Part shown: positions 43,601 through 57,474 of the stretch, piece by piece | Layout of the letters: every line of letters begins with the position of its first letter | Position numbering within the stretch: position 1 is the first letter of the stretch | Source: Auanema rhodensis | Lineage: Eukaryota > Animalia > Nematoda | NCBI GenBank assembly: GCA_964057225.1 | Contig: CAXKVF010000076.1 | Coordinates: 248,001 to 312,000 of the forward strand | DNA length: 64,000 nucleotides | Direction: 5' to 3' | Translations under genes and position numbers: made by a program | Notes under the pieces: model-generated | Databases searched by the model: none | What the model saw: only the letters and a program-made list of their open reading frames with translations | What the model was told of the DNA's origin: nothing

Positions 43601-46600
43601 CCAAGTGCACATCACGTGTACATTTAATTAGCATAAATTAAAGTTCACGTAAATTTCAAAGTCATGGTTACCATGCACCAATATCAATAAAAATTTGTTT
43701 TTAGACTAATATGGACATGGGGAATCTAATTTTGAAAACCGCATCTCTTTATCTTTCACGTGAAGCAAGTTACATACCAAGTGCACATCACGTGTACATT
43801 TAATTAGCATAAATTAAAGTTCACGTAAATTTCAAAGTCATGGTTACCATGCACCAATATCAATAAAAATTTGTTTTTAGACTAATATGGACATGGGGAA
43901 TCTAATTTTGAAAACCGCATCTCTTTATCTTTCACGTGAAGCGAGTTACATACCAAGTGCACATCACGTGTACATTTAATTAGCATAAATTAAAGTTCAC
44001 GTAAATTTCAAAGTCATGGTTACCATGAAGCAATATCAATAAAAATTTGTTTTTAGACTAATATGGACATGGGGAATCTAATTTTGAAAACCGCATCTCT
44101 TTATCTTTCACGTGAAGCGAGTTACATACCAAGTGCACATCACGTGTACATTTAATTAGCATAAATTAAAGTTCACGTAAATTTCAAAGTCATGGTTACC
44201 ATGAACCAATATCAATAAAAATTTGTTTTTAGACTAATATGGACATGGGGAATCTAATTTTAAAAACCGCATCTCTTTATCTTTCACGTGAAGCGAGTTA
44301 CATACCAAGTGCACATCACGTGTACATTTAATTAGCATAAATTAAAGTTCACGTAAATTTCAAAGTCATGGTTACCATGAAGCAATATCAATAAAAATTT
44401 GTTTTTAGACTAATATGGACATGGGGAATCTAATTTTGAAAACCGCATCTCTTTATCTTTCACGTGAAGCGAGTTACACACCAAGTGCACATCACGTGTA
44501 CATTTAATTAGCATAAATTAAAGTTCACGTAAATTTCAAAGTCATGGTTACCATGAACCTATATCAATAAAAATTTGTTTTTAGACTAATATGGACATGG
44601 GGAATCTAATTTTGAAAACCGCATCTCTTTATCTTTCACGTGAAGCGAGTTACATACCAAGTGCACATCACGTGTACATTTAATTAGCATAAATTAAAGT
44701 TCACGTAAATTTCAAAGTCATGGTTACCATGCACCAATATCAATAAAAATTTGTTTTTAGACTAATATGGACATGGGGAATCTAATTTTGAAAACCGCAT
44801 CTCTTTATCTTTCACGTGAAGCGAGTTACATACCAAGTGCACATCACGTGTACATTTAATTAGCATAAATTAAAGTTCACGTAAATTTCAAAGTCATGGT
44901 TACCATGCACCAATATCAATAAAAATTTGTTTTTAGACTAATATGGACATGGGAAATCTAATTTTGAAAACCGCATCTCTTCATCTTTCACGTGAAGCGA
45001 GTTACATACCAAGTGCACATCAAGTGTACATTTAATTAGCATAAATTAAAATTCACGTAAATTTCAAAGTCATGGTTACCATGCACCAATATCAATAAAA
45101 ATTTGTTTTTAGACTAATATGGACATGGGAAATCTAATTTTGAAAACCGCATCTCTTTATCTTTCACGTGAAGCGAGTTACATACCAAGTGCACATCACG
45201 TGTACATTTAATTAGCATAAATTAAAGTTCACGTAAATTTCAAAGTCATGGTTACCATGCACCAATATCAATAAAAATTTGTTTTTAGACTAATATGGAC
45301 ATGGGAAATCTAATTTTGAAAACCGCATCTCTTCATCTTTCACGTGAAGCGAGTTACATACCAAGTGCACATCAAGTGTACATTTAATTAGCATAAATTA
45401 AAATTCACGTAAATTTCAAAGTCATGGTTACCATGCACCAATATCAATAAAAATTTGTTTTTAGACTAATATGGACATGGGAAATCTAATTTTGAAAACC
45501 GCATCTCTTTATCTTTCACGTGAAGCGAGTTACATACCAAGTGCACATCACGTGTACATTTAATTAGCATAAATTAAAGTTCACGTAAATTTCAAAGTCA
45601 TGGTTACCATGAAGCAATATCAATAAAAATTTGTTTTTAGACTAATATGGACATGGGGAATCTAATTTTGAAAACCGCATCTCTTTATCTTTCACGTGAA
45701 GCGAGTTACATACCAAGTGCACATCACGTGTACATTTAATTAGCATAAATTAAAGTTCACGTAAATTTCAAAGTCATGGTTACCATGAACCAATATCAAT
45801 AAAAATTTGTTTTTAGACTAATATGGACATGGGGAATCTAATTTTAAAAACCGCATCTCTTTATCTTTCACGTGAAGCGAGTTACATACCAAGTCCACAT
45901 CACGTGTACATTTAATTAGCATAAATTAAAGTTCACGTAAATTTCAAAGTCATGGTTACCATGCACCAATATCAATAAAAATTTGTTTTTAGACTAATAT
46001 GGACATGGGGAATCTAATTTTGAAAACCGCATCTCTTTATCTTTCACGTGAAGCGAGTTACATACCAAGTGCACATCACGTGTACATTTAATTAGCATAA
46101 ATTAAAGTTCACGTAAATTTCAAAGTCATGGTTACCATGCACCAATATCAATAAAAATTTGTTTTTAGACTAATATGGACATGGGGAATCTAATTTTGAA
46201 AACCGCATCTCTTCATCTTTCACGTGAAGCGAGTTACATACCAAGTGCACATCACGTGTACATTTAATTAGCATAAATTAAAGTTCACGTAAATTTCAAA
46301 GTCATGGTTACCATGCACCAATATCAATAAAAATTTGTTTTTAGACTAATATGGACATGGGGAATCTAATTTTGAAAACCGCATCTCTTTATCTTTCACG
46401 TGAAGCGAGTTACATACCAAGTGCACATCACGTGTACATTTAATTAGCATAAATTAAAGTTCACGTAAATTTCAAAGTCATGGTTACCATGCACCAATAT
46501 CAATAAAAATTTGTTTTTAGACTAATATGGACATGGGAAATCTAATTTTGAAAACCGCATCTCTTCATCTTTCACGTGAAGCGAGTTACATACCAAGTGC

Positions 46601-49600
46601 ACATCAAGTGTACATTTAATTAGCATAAATTAAAATTCACGTAAATTTCAAAGTCATGGTTACCATGCACCAATATCAATAAAAATTTGTTTTTAGACTA
46701 ATATGGACATGGGAAATCTAATTTTGAAAACCGCATCTCTTTATCTTTCACGTGAAGCGAGTTACATACCAAGTGCACATCACGTGTACATTTAATTAGC
46801 ATAAATTAAAGTTCACGTAAATTTCAAAGTCATGGTTACCATGAAGCAATATCAATAAAAATTTGTTTTTAGACTAATATGGACATGGGGAATCTAATTT
46901 TGAAAACCGCATCTCTTTATCTTTCACGTGAAGCGAGTTACATACCAAGTGCACATCACGTGTACATTTAATTAGCATAAATTAAAGTTCACGTAAATTT
47001 CAAAGTCATGGTTACCATGAACCAATATCAATAAAAATTTGTTTTTAGACTAATATGGACATGGGGAATCTAATTTTAAAAACCGCATCTCTTTATCTTT
47101 CACGTGAAGCGAGTTACATACCAAGTGCACATCACGTGTACATTTAATTAGCATAAATTAAAGTTCACGTAAATTTCAAAGTCATGGTTACCATGAAGCA
47201 ATATCAATAAAAATTTGTTTTTAGACTAATATGGACATGGGGAATCTAATTTTGAAAACCGCATCTCTTTATCTTTCACGTGAAGCGAGTTACACACCAA
47301 GTGCACATCACGTGTACATTTAATTAGCATAAATTAAAGTTCACGTAAATTTCAAAGTCATGGTTACCATGAACCTATATCAATAAAAATTTGTTTTTAG
47401 ACTAATATGGACATGGGGAATCTAATTTTGAAAACCGCATCTCTTTATCTTTCACGTGAAGCGAGTTACATACCAAGTGCACATCACGTGTACATTTAAT
47501 TAGCATAAATTAAAGTTCACGTAAATTTCAAAGTCATGGTTACCATGCACCAATATCAATAAAAATTTGTTTTTAGACTAATATGGACATGGGGAATCTA
47601 ATTTTGAAAACCGCATCTCTTTATCTTTCACGTGAAGCGAGTTACATACCAAGTGCACATCACGTGTACATTTAATTAGCATAAATTAAAGTTCACGTAA
47701 ATTTCAAAGTCATGGTTACCATGCACCAATATCAATAAAAATTTGTTTTTAGACTAATATGGACATGGGGAATCTAATTTTGAAAACCGCATCTCTTTAT
47801 CTTTCACGTGAAGCGAGTTACATACCAAGTGCACATCACGTGTACATTTAATTAGCATAAATTAAAGTTCACGTAAATTTCAAAGTCATGGTTACCATGA
47901 AGCAATATCAATAAAAATTTGTTTTTAGACTAATATGGACATGGGGAATCTAATTTTGAAAACCGCATCTCTTTATCTTTCACGTGAAGCGAGTTACATA
48001 CCAAGTGCACATCACGTGTACATTTAATTAGCATAAATTAAAGTTCACGTAAATTTCAAAGTCATGGTTACCATGAACCAATATCAATAAAAATTTGTTT
48101 TTAGACTAATATGGACATGGGGAATCTAATTTTAAAAACCGCATCTCTTTATCTTTCACGTGAAGCGAGTTACATACCAAGTGCACATCACGTGTACATT
48201 TAATTAGCATAAATTAAAGTTCACGTAAATTTCAAAGTCATGGTTACCATGAAGCAATATCAATAAAAATTTGTTTTTAGACTAATATGGACATGGGGAA
48301 TCTAATTTTGAAAACCGCATCTCTTTATCTTTCACGTGAAGCGAGTTACACACCAAGTGCACATCACGTGTACATTTAATTAGCATAAATTAAAGTTCAC
48401 GTAAATTTCAAAGTCATGGTTACCATGAACCTATATCAATAAAAATTTGTTTTTAGACTAATATGGACATGGGGAATCTAATTTTGAAAACCGCATCTCT
48501 TTATCTTTCACGTGAAGCGAGTTACATACCAAGTGCACATCACGTGTACATTTAATTAGCATAAATTAAAGTTCACGTAAATTTCAAAGTCATGGTTACC
48601 ATGCACCAATATCAATAAAAATTTGTTTTTAGACTAATATGGACATGGGGAATCTAATTTTGAAAACCGCATCTCTTTATCTTTCACGTGAAGCGAGTTA
48701 CATACCAAGTGCACATCACGTGTACATTTAATTAGCATAAATTAAAGTTCACGTAAATTTCAAAGTCATGGTTACCATGCACCAATATCAATAAAAATTT
48801 GTTTTTAGACTAATATGGACATGGGAAATCTAATTTTGAAAACCGCATCTCTTCATCTTTCACGTGAAGCGAGTTACATACCAAGTGCACATCAAGTGTA
48901 CATTTAATTAGCATAAATTAAAATTCACGTAAATTTCAAAGTCATGGTTACCATGCACCAATATCAATAAAAATTTGTTTTTAGACTAATATGGACATGG
49001 GAAATCTAATTTTGAAAACCGCATCTCTTTATCTTTCACGTGAAGCGAGTTACATACCAAGTGCACATCACGTGTACATTTAATTAGCATAAATTAAAGT
49101 TCACGTAAATTTCAAAGTCATGGTTACCATGAAGCAATATCAATAAAAATTTGTTTTTAGACTAATATGGACATGGGGAATCTAATTTTGAAAACCGCAT
49201 CTCTTTATCTTTCACGTGAAGCGAGTTACATACCAAGTGCACATCACGTGTACATTTAATTAGCATAAATTAAAGTTCACGTAAATTTCAAAGTCATGGT
49301 TACCATGAACCAATATCAATAAAAATTTGTTTTTAGACTAATATGGACATGGGGAATCTAATTTTAAAAACCGCATCTCTTTATCTTTCACGTGAAGCGA
49401 GTTACATACCAAGTCCACATCACGTGTACATTTAATTAGCATAAATTAAAGTTCACGTAAATTTCAAAGTCATGGTTACCATGCACCAATATCAATAAAA
49501 ATTTGTTTTTAGACTAATATGGACATGGGGAATCTAATTTTGAAAACCGCATCTCTTTATCTTTCACGTGAAGCGAGTTACATACCAAGTGCACATCACG

Positions 49601-50860
49601 TGTACATTTAATTAGCATAAATTAAAGTTCACGTAAATTTCAAAGTCATGGTTACCATGCACCAATATCAATAAAAATTTGTTTTTAGACTAATATGGAC
49701 ATGGGGAATCTAATTTTGAAAACCGCATCTCTTCATCTTTCACGTGAAGCGAGTTACATACCAAGTGCACATCACGTGTACATTTAATTAGCATAAATTA
49801 AAGTTCACGTAAATTTCAAAGTCATGGTTACCATGCACCAATATCAATAAAAATTTGTTTTTAGACTAATATGGACATGGGGAATCTAATTTTGAAAACC
49901 GCATCTCTTTATCTTTCACGTGAAGCGAGTTACATACCAAGTGCACATCACGTGTACATTTAATTAGCATAAATTAAAGTTCACGTAAATTTCAAAGTCA
50001 TGGTTACCATGCACCAATATCAATAAAAATTTGTTTTTAGACTAATATGGACATGGGAAATCTAATTTTGAAAACCGCATCTCTTCATCTTTCACGTGAA
50101 GCGAGTTACATACCAAGTGCACATCAAGTGTACATTTAATTAGCATAAATTAAAATTCACGTAAATTTCAAAGTCATGGTTACCATGCACCAATATCAAT
50201 AAAAATTTGTTTTTAGACTAATATGGACATGGGAAATCTAATTTTGAAAACCGCATCTCTTTATCTTTCACGTGAAGCGAGTTACATACCAAGTGCACAT
50301 CACGTGTACATTTAATTAGCATAAATTAAAGTTCACGTAAATTTCAAAGTCATGGTTACCATGAAGCAATATCAATAAAAATTTGTTTTTAGACTAATAT
50401 GGACATGGGGAATCTAATTTTGAAAACCGCATCTCTTTATCTTTCACGTGAAGCGAGTTACATACCAAGTGCACATCACGTGTACATTTAATTAGCATAA
50501 ATTAAAGTTCACGTAAATTTCAAAGTCATGGTTACCATGAACCAATATCAATAAAAATTTGTTTTTAGACTAATATGGACATGGGGAATCTAATTTTAAA
50601 AACCGCATCTCTTTATCTTTCACGTGAAGCGAGTTACATACCAAGTCCACATCACGTGTACATTTAATTAGCATAAATTAAAGTTCACGTAAATTTCAAA
50701 GTCATGGTTACCATGCACCAATATCAATAAAAATTTGTTTTTAGACTAATATGGACATGGGGAATCTAATTTTGAAAACCGCATCTCTTTATCTTTCACG
50801 TGAAGCGAGTTACATACCAAGTGCACATCACGTGTACATTTAATTAGCATAAATTAAAGT
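39421..50860 (+). repeat. Highly homogenised zone of nested 6-/18-/20-/22-monomer higher-order repeats
   Basis: A36T occurs at 40336, 41392, 43504, 44560, 47376 and 48432 (spacings 6, 12, 6, 16, 6 monomers). G139C occurs at 42375, 45895, 49415 and 50647 (20, 20, 7). There are almost no private variants. Confidence 0.85.
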
Positions 50861-53800
50861 TCACGTAAATTTCAAAGTCATGGTTACCATGCACCAATAT
50901 CAATAAAAATTTGTTTTTAGACTAATATGGACATGGGGAATCTAATTTTGAAAACCGCATCTCTTCATCTTTCACGTGAAGCGAGTTACATACCAAGTGC
51001 ACATCAAGTGTACATTTAATTAGCATAAATTAAAGTTCACGTAAATTTCAAAGTCATGGTTACCATGCACCAATATCAATGAAAATTTGTTTTTAGACTA
51101 ATATGGACATGGGGAATCTAATTTTGAAAACCGCATCTCTTTATCTTTCACGTGAAGCAAGTTACATACCAAGTGCACATCACGTGTACATTTAATTAGC
51201 ATAAATTAAAGTTCACGTAAATTTCAAAGTCATGGTTACCATGCACCAATATCAATAAAAATTTGTTTTTAGACTAATATAGACATGGGGAATCTAATTT
51301 TGAAAACCGCATCTCTTTATCTTTCACGTGAAGCGAGTTACATACCAAGTGCACATCACGTGTACATTTAATTAGCATAAATTAAAGTTCACGTAAATTT
51401 CAAAGTCATGGTTACCATGAAGCAATATCAATAAAAATTTGTTTTTAGACTAATATGGACATGGGGAATCTAATTTTGAAAACCGCATCTCTTTATCTTT
51501 CACGTGAAGCGAGTTACATACCAAGTGCACATCACGTGTACATTTAATTAGCATAAATTAAAGTTCACGTAAATTTCAAAGTCATGGTTACCATGAACCA
51601 ATATCAATAAAAATTTGTTTTTAGACTAATATGGACATGGGGAATCTAATTTTGAAAACCGCATCTCTTTATCTTTCACGTGAAGCGAGTTACATACCAA
51701 GTGCACATCACGTGTACATTTAATTAGCATAAATTAAAGTTCACGTAAATTTCAAAGTCATGGTTACCATGCACCAATATCAATAAAAATTTGTTTTTAG
51801 ACTAATATGGACATGGGGAATCTAATTTTGAAAACCGCATCTCTTTATCTTTCACGTGAAGCGAGTTACATACCAAGTGCACATCACGTGTACATTTAAT
51901 TAGCATAAATTAAAGTTCACGTAAATTTCAAAGTCATGGTTACCATGCACCAATATCAATAAAAATTTGTTTTTAGACTAATATGGACATGGGGAATCTA
52001 ATTTTGAAAACCGCATCTCTTCATCTTTCACGTGAAGCGAGTTACATACCAAGTGCACATCAAGTGTACATTCAATTAGCATAAATTAAAGTTCACGTAA
52101 ATTTCAAAGTCATGGTTACCATGCACCAATATCAATAAAAATTTGTTTTTAGACTAATATGGACATGGGGAATCTAATTTTGAAAACTGCATCTCTTTAT
52201 CTTTCACGTGAAGCGAGTTACATACCAAGTGCACATCACGTGTACATTTAATTAGCATAAATTAAAGTTCACGTAAATTTCAAAGTCATGGTTACCATGC
52301 ACCAATATCAATAAAAATTTGTTTTTAGACTAATATGGACATGGGGAATCTAATTTTGAAAACTGCATCTCTTCATCTTTCACGTGAAGCGAGTTACATA
52401 CCAAGTGCACATCAAGTGTACATTTAATTAGCATAAATTAAAATTCACGTAAATTTCAAAGTCATGGTTACCATGCACCAATATCAATAAAAATTCGTTT
52501 TTAGACTAATATGGACATGGGGAATCTAATTTTGAAAACCGCATCTCTTTATCTTTCACGTGAAGCGAGTTACATACCAAGTGCACATCACGTGTACATT
52601 TAATTAGCATAAATTAAAGTTCACGTAAATTTCAAAGTCATGGTTACCATGAACCAATATCAATAAAAATTTGTTTTTAGACTAATATGGACATGGGGAA
52701 TCTAATTTTGAAAACCGCATCTCTTTATCTTTCACGTGAAGCGAGTTACATACCAAGTGCACATCACGTGTACATTTAATTAGCATAAATTAAAGTTCAC
52801 GTAAATTTCAAAGTCATGGTTACCATGCACCAATATCAATAAAAATTTGTTTTTAGACTAATATGGAAATGGGGAATCTAATTTTGAAAACCGCATCTCT
52901 TTATCTTTCACGTGAAGCGAGTTACATACCAAGTGCACATCACGTGTACATTCAATTAGCATAAATTAAAGTTCACGTAAATTTCAAAGTCATGGTTACC
53001 ATGAACCAATATCAATAAAAATTTGTTTTTAGACTAATATGGACGTGGGGAATCTAATTTTGAAAACCGCATCTCTTTATCTTTCACGTGAAGCGAGTTA
53101 CATACCAAGTGCACATCACGTGTACATTTAATTAGCATAAATTAAAGTTCACGTAAATTTCAAAGTCATGGTTACCATGCACCAATATCAATAAAAATTT
53201 GTTTTTAGACTAATATGGACATGGGGAATCTAATTTTGAAAACCGCATCTCTTTATCTTTCACGTGAAGCGAGTTACATACCAAGTGCACATCACGTGTA
53301 CATTTAATTAGCATAAATTAAAGTTCACGTAAATTTCAAAGTCATGGTTACCATGAAGCAATATCAATAAAAATTTGTTTTTAGACTAATATGGAAATGG
53401 GGAATCTAATTTTGAAAACCGCATCTCTTTATCTTTCACGTGAAGCGAGTTACATACCAAGTGCACATCACGTGTACATTCAATTAGCATAAATTAAAGT
53501 TCACGTAAATTTCAAAGTCATGGTTACCATGAACCAATATCAATAAAAATTTGTTTTTAGACTAATATGGACATGGGGAATCTAATTTTGAAAACCGCAT
53601 CTCTTTATCTTTCACGTGAAGCGAGTTACATACCAAGTGCACATCACGTGTACATTTAATTAGCATAAATTAAAGTTCACGTAAATTTCAAAGTCATGGT
53701 TACCATGCACCAATATCAATAAAAATTTGTTTTTAGACTAATATGGACATGGGGAATCTAATTTTGAAAACCGCATCTCTTTATCTTTCACGTGAAGCGA

Positions 53801-54204
53801 GTTACATACCAAGTGCACATCAAGTGTACATTTAATTAGCATAAATTAAAGTTCACGTAAATTTCAAAGTCATGGTTACCATGAACCAATATCAATAAAA
53901 ATTTGTTTTTAGACTAATATGGACATGGGGAATCTAATTTTGAAAACCGCATCTCTTCATCTTTCACGTGAAGCGAGTTACATACCAAGTGCACATCACG
54001 TGTACATTTAATTAGCATAAATTAAAGTTCACGTAAATTTCAAAGTCATGGTTACCATGAAGCAATATCAATAAAAATTTGTTTTTAGACTGATATGGAA
54101 ATGGGGAATCTAATTTTGAAAACCGCATCTCTTTATCTTTCACGTGAAGCGAGTTACATACCAAGTGCACATCACGTGTACATTTAATTAGCATAAATTA
54201 AAGT

Positions 54205-54482
54205 TCACGTAAATTTCAAAGTCATGGTTACCATGCACCAATATCAATAAAAATTTGTTTTTAGACTAATATGGACATGGGGAATCTAATTTTGAAAACC
54301 GCATCTCTTTATCTTTCACGTGAAGCGAGTTACATACCAAGTGCACCAATAAAAATTTGTTTTTAGACTAATATGGAAATGGGGAATCTAATTTTGAAAA
54401 CCGCATCTCTTTATCTTTCACGTGAAGCGAGTTACATACCAAGTGCACATCACGTGTACATTCAATTAGCATAAATTAAAGT
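54205..54482 (+). repeat. Fused truncated dimer (278 bp) carrying a 74-bp deletion
   Basis: The sequence at 54341 reads GTGCAC|CAATAAAAATTTG, which is m137-142 joined to m41 of the next unit. The downstream register shifts by exactly 74 bp. Confidence 0.95.
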
Positions 54483-57474
54483 TCACGTAAATTTCAAAGT
54501 CATGGTTACCATGAACCAATATCAATAAAAATTTGTTTTTAGACTAATATGGACATGGGGAATCTAATTTTGAAAACCGCATCTCTTTATCTTTCACGTG
54601 AAGCGAGTTACATACCAAGTGCACATCACGTGTACATTTAATTAGCATAAATTAAAGTTCACGTAAATTTCAAAGTCATGGTTACCATGCACCAATATCA
54701 ATAAAAATTTGTTTTTAGACTAATATGGACATGGGGAATCTAATTTTGAAAACCGCATCTCTTTATCTTTCACGTGAAGCGAGTTACATACCAAGTGCAC
54801 ATCACGTGTACATTTAATTAGCATAAATTAAAGTTCACGTAAATTTCAAAGTCATGGTTACCATGAAGCAATATCAATAAAAATTTGTTTTTAGACTAAT
54901 ATGGATATGGGGAATCTAATTTTGAAAACCGCATCTCTTTATCTTTCACGTGAAGCGAGTTACATACCAAGTGCACATCACGTGTACATTTAATTAGCAT
55001 AAATTAAAGTTCACGTAAATTTCAAAGTCATGGTTACCATGAACCAATATCAATAAAAATTTGTTTTTAGACTAATATGGACATGGGGAATCTAATTTTG
55101 AAAACCGCATCTCTTTATCTTTCACGTGAAGCGAGTTACATACCAAGTGCACATCACGTGTACATTTAATTAGCATAAATTAAAGTTCACGTAAATTTCA
55201 AAGTCATGGTTACCATGCACCAATATCAATAAAAATTTGTTTTTAGACTAATATGGACATGGGGAATCTAATTTTGAAAACCGCATCTCTTTATCTTTCA
55301 CGTGAAGCGAGTTACATACCAAGTGCACATCAAGTGTACATTTAATTAGCATAAATTAAAGTTCACGTAAATTTCAAAGTCATGGTTACCATGAACCAAT
55401 ATCAATAAAAATTTGTTTTTAGACTAATATGGACATGGGGAATCTAATTTTGAAAACCGCATCTCTTTATCTTTCACGTGAAGCGAGTTACATACCAAGT
55501 GCACATCACGTGTACATTTAATTAGCATAAATTAAAGTTCACGTAAATTTCAAAGTCATGGTTACCATGCACCAATATCAATAAAAATTTGTTTTTAGAC
55601 TAATATGGACATGGAGAATCTAATTTTGAAAACCGCATCTCTTTATCTTTCACGTGAAGCGAGTTACATACCAAGTGCACATCACGTGTACATTTAATTA
55701 GCATAAATTAAAGTTCACGTAAATTTCAAAGTCATGGTTACCATGCACCAATATCAATAAAAATTTGTTTTTAGACTAATATGGACATGGGGAATCTAAT
55801 TTTGAAAACCGCATCTCTTTATCTTTCACGTGAAGCGAGTTACATACCAAGTGCACATCACGTGTACATTTAATTAGCATAAATTAAAGTTCACGTAAAT
55901 TTCAAAGTCATGGTTACCATGAAGCAATATCAATAAAAATTTGTTTTTAGACTAATATGGAAATGGGGAATCTAATTTTGAAAACCGCATCTCTTTATCT
56001 TTCACGTGAAGCGAGTTACATACCAAGTGCACATCACGTGTACATTCAATTAGCATAAATTAAAGTTCACGTAAATTTCAAAGTCATGGTTACCATGAAC
56101 CAATATCAATAAAAATTTGTTTTTAGACTAATATGGACATGGGGAATCTAATTTTGAAAACCGCATCTCTTTATCTTTCACGTGAAGCGAGTTACATACC
56201 AAGTGCACATCACGTGTACATTTAATTAGCATAAATTAAAGTTCACGTAAATTTCAAAGTCATGGTTACCATGCACCAATATCAATAAAAATTTGTTTTT
56301 AGACTAATATGGACATGGGGAATCTAATTTTGAAAACCGCATCTCTTTATCTTTCACGTGAAGCGAGTTACATACCAAGTGCACATCACGTGTACATTTA
56401 ATTAGCATAAATTAAAGTTCACGTAAATTTCAAAGTCATGGTTACCATGAAGCAATATCAATAAAAATTTGTTTTTAGACTAATATGGAAATGGGGAATC
56501 TAATTTTGAAAACCGCATCTCTTTATCTTTCACGTGAAGCGAGTTACATACCAAGTGCACATCACGTGTACATTCAATTAGCATAAATTAAAGTTCACGT
56601 AAATTTCAAAGTCATGGTTACCATGAACCAATATCAATAAAAATTTGTTTTTAGACTAATATGGACATGGGGAATCTAATTTTGAAAACCGCATCTCTTT
56701 ATCTTTCACGTGAAGCGAGTTACATACCAAGTGCACATCACGTGTACATTTAATTAGCATAAATTAAAGTTCACGTAAATTTCAAAGTCATGGTTACCAT
56801 GCACCAATATCAATAAAAATTTGTTTTTAGACTAATATGGACATGGGGAATCTAATTTTGAAAACCGCATCTCTTTATCTTTCACGTGAAGCGAGTTACA
56901 TACCAAGTGCACATCAAGTGTACATTTAATTAGCATAAATTAAAGTTCACGTAAATTTCAAAGTCATGGTTACCATGAACCAATATCAATAAAAATTTGT
57001 TTTTAGACTAATATGGACATGGGGAATCTAATTTTGAAAACCGCATCTCTTTATCTTTCACGTGAAGCGAGTTACATACCAAGTGCACATCACGTGTACA
57101 TTTAATTAGCATAAATTAAAGTTCACGTAAATTTCAAAGTCATGGTTACCATGCACCAATATCAATAAAAATTTGTTTTTAGACTAATATGGACATGGGG
57201 AATCTAATTTTGAAAACCGCATCTCTTTATCTTTCACGTGAAGCGAGTTACATACCAAGTGCACATCACGTGTACATTTAATTAGCATAAATTAAAGTTC
57301 ACGTAAATTTCAAAGTCATGGTTACCATGCACCAATATCAATAAAAATTTGTTTTTAGACTAATATGGACATGGGGAATCTAATTTTGAAAACCGCATCT
57401 CTTTATCTTTCACGTGAAGCGAGTTACATACCAAGTGCACATCACGTGTACATTTAATTAGCATAAATTAAAGT

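Noticed and set aside
54012-54194. 60-aa minus-strand ORF from the ORF track
   Set aside because: It exists only because a singleton A64G (54092) converts the consensus minus-strand TAG to CAG in one of about 364 monomers. It has no recognisable domain or gene context, so it is a chance read-through.
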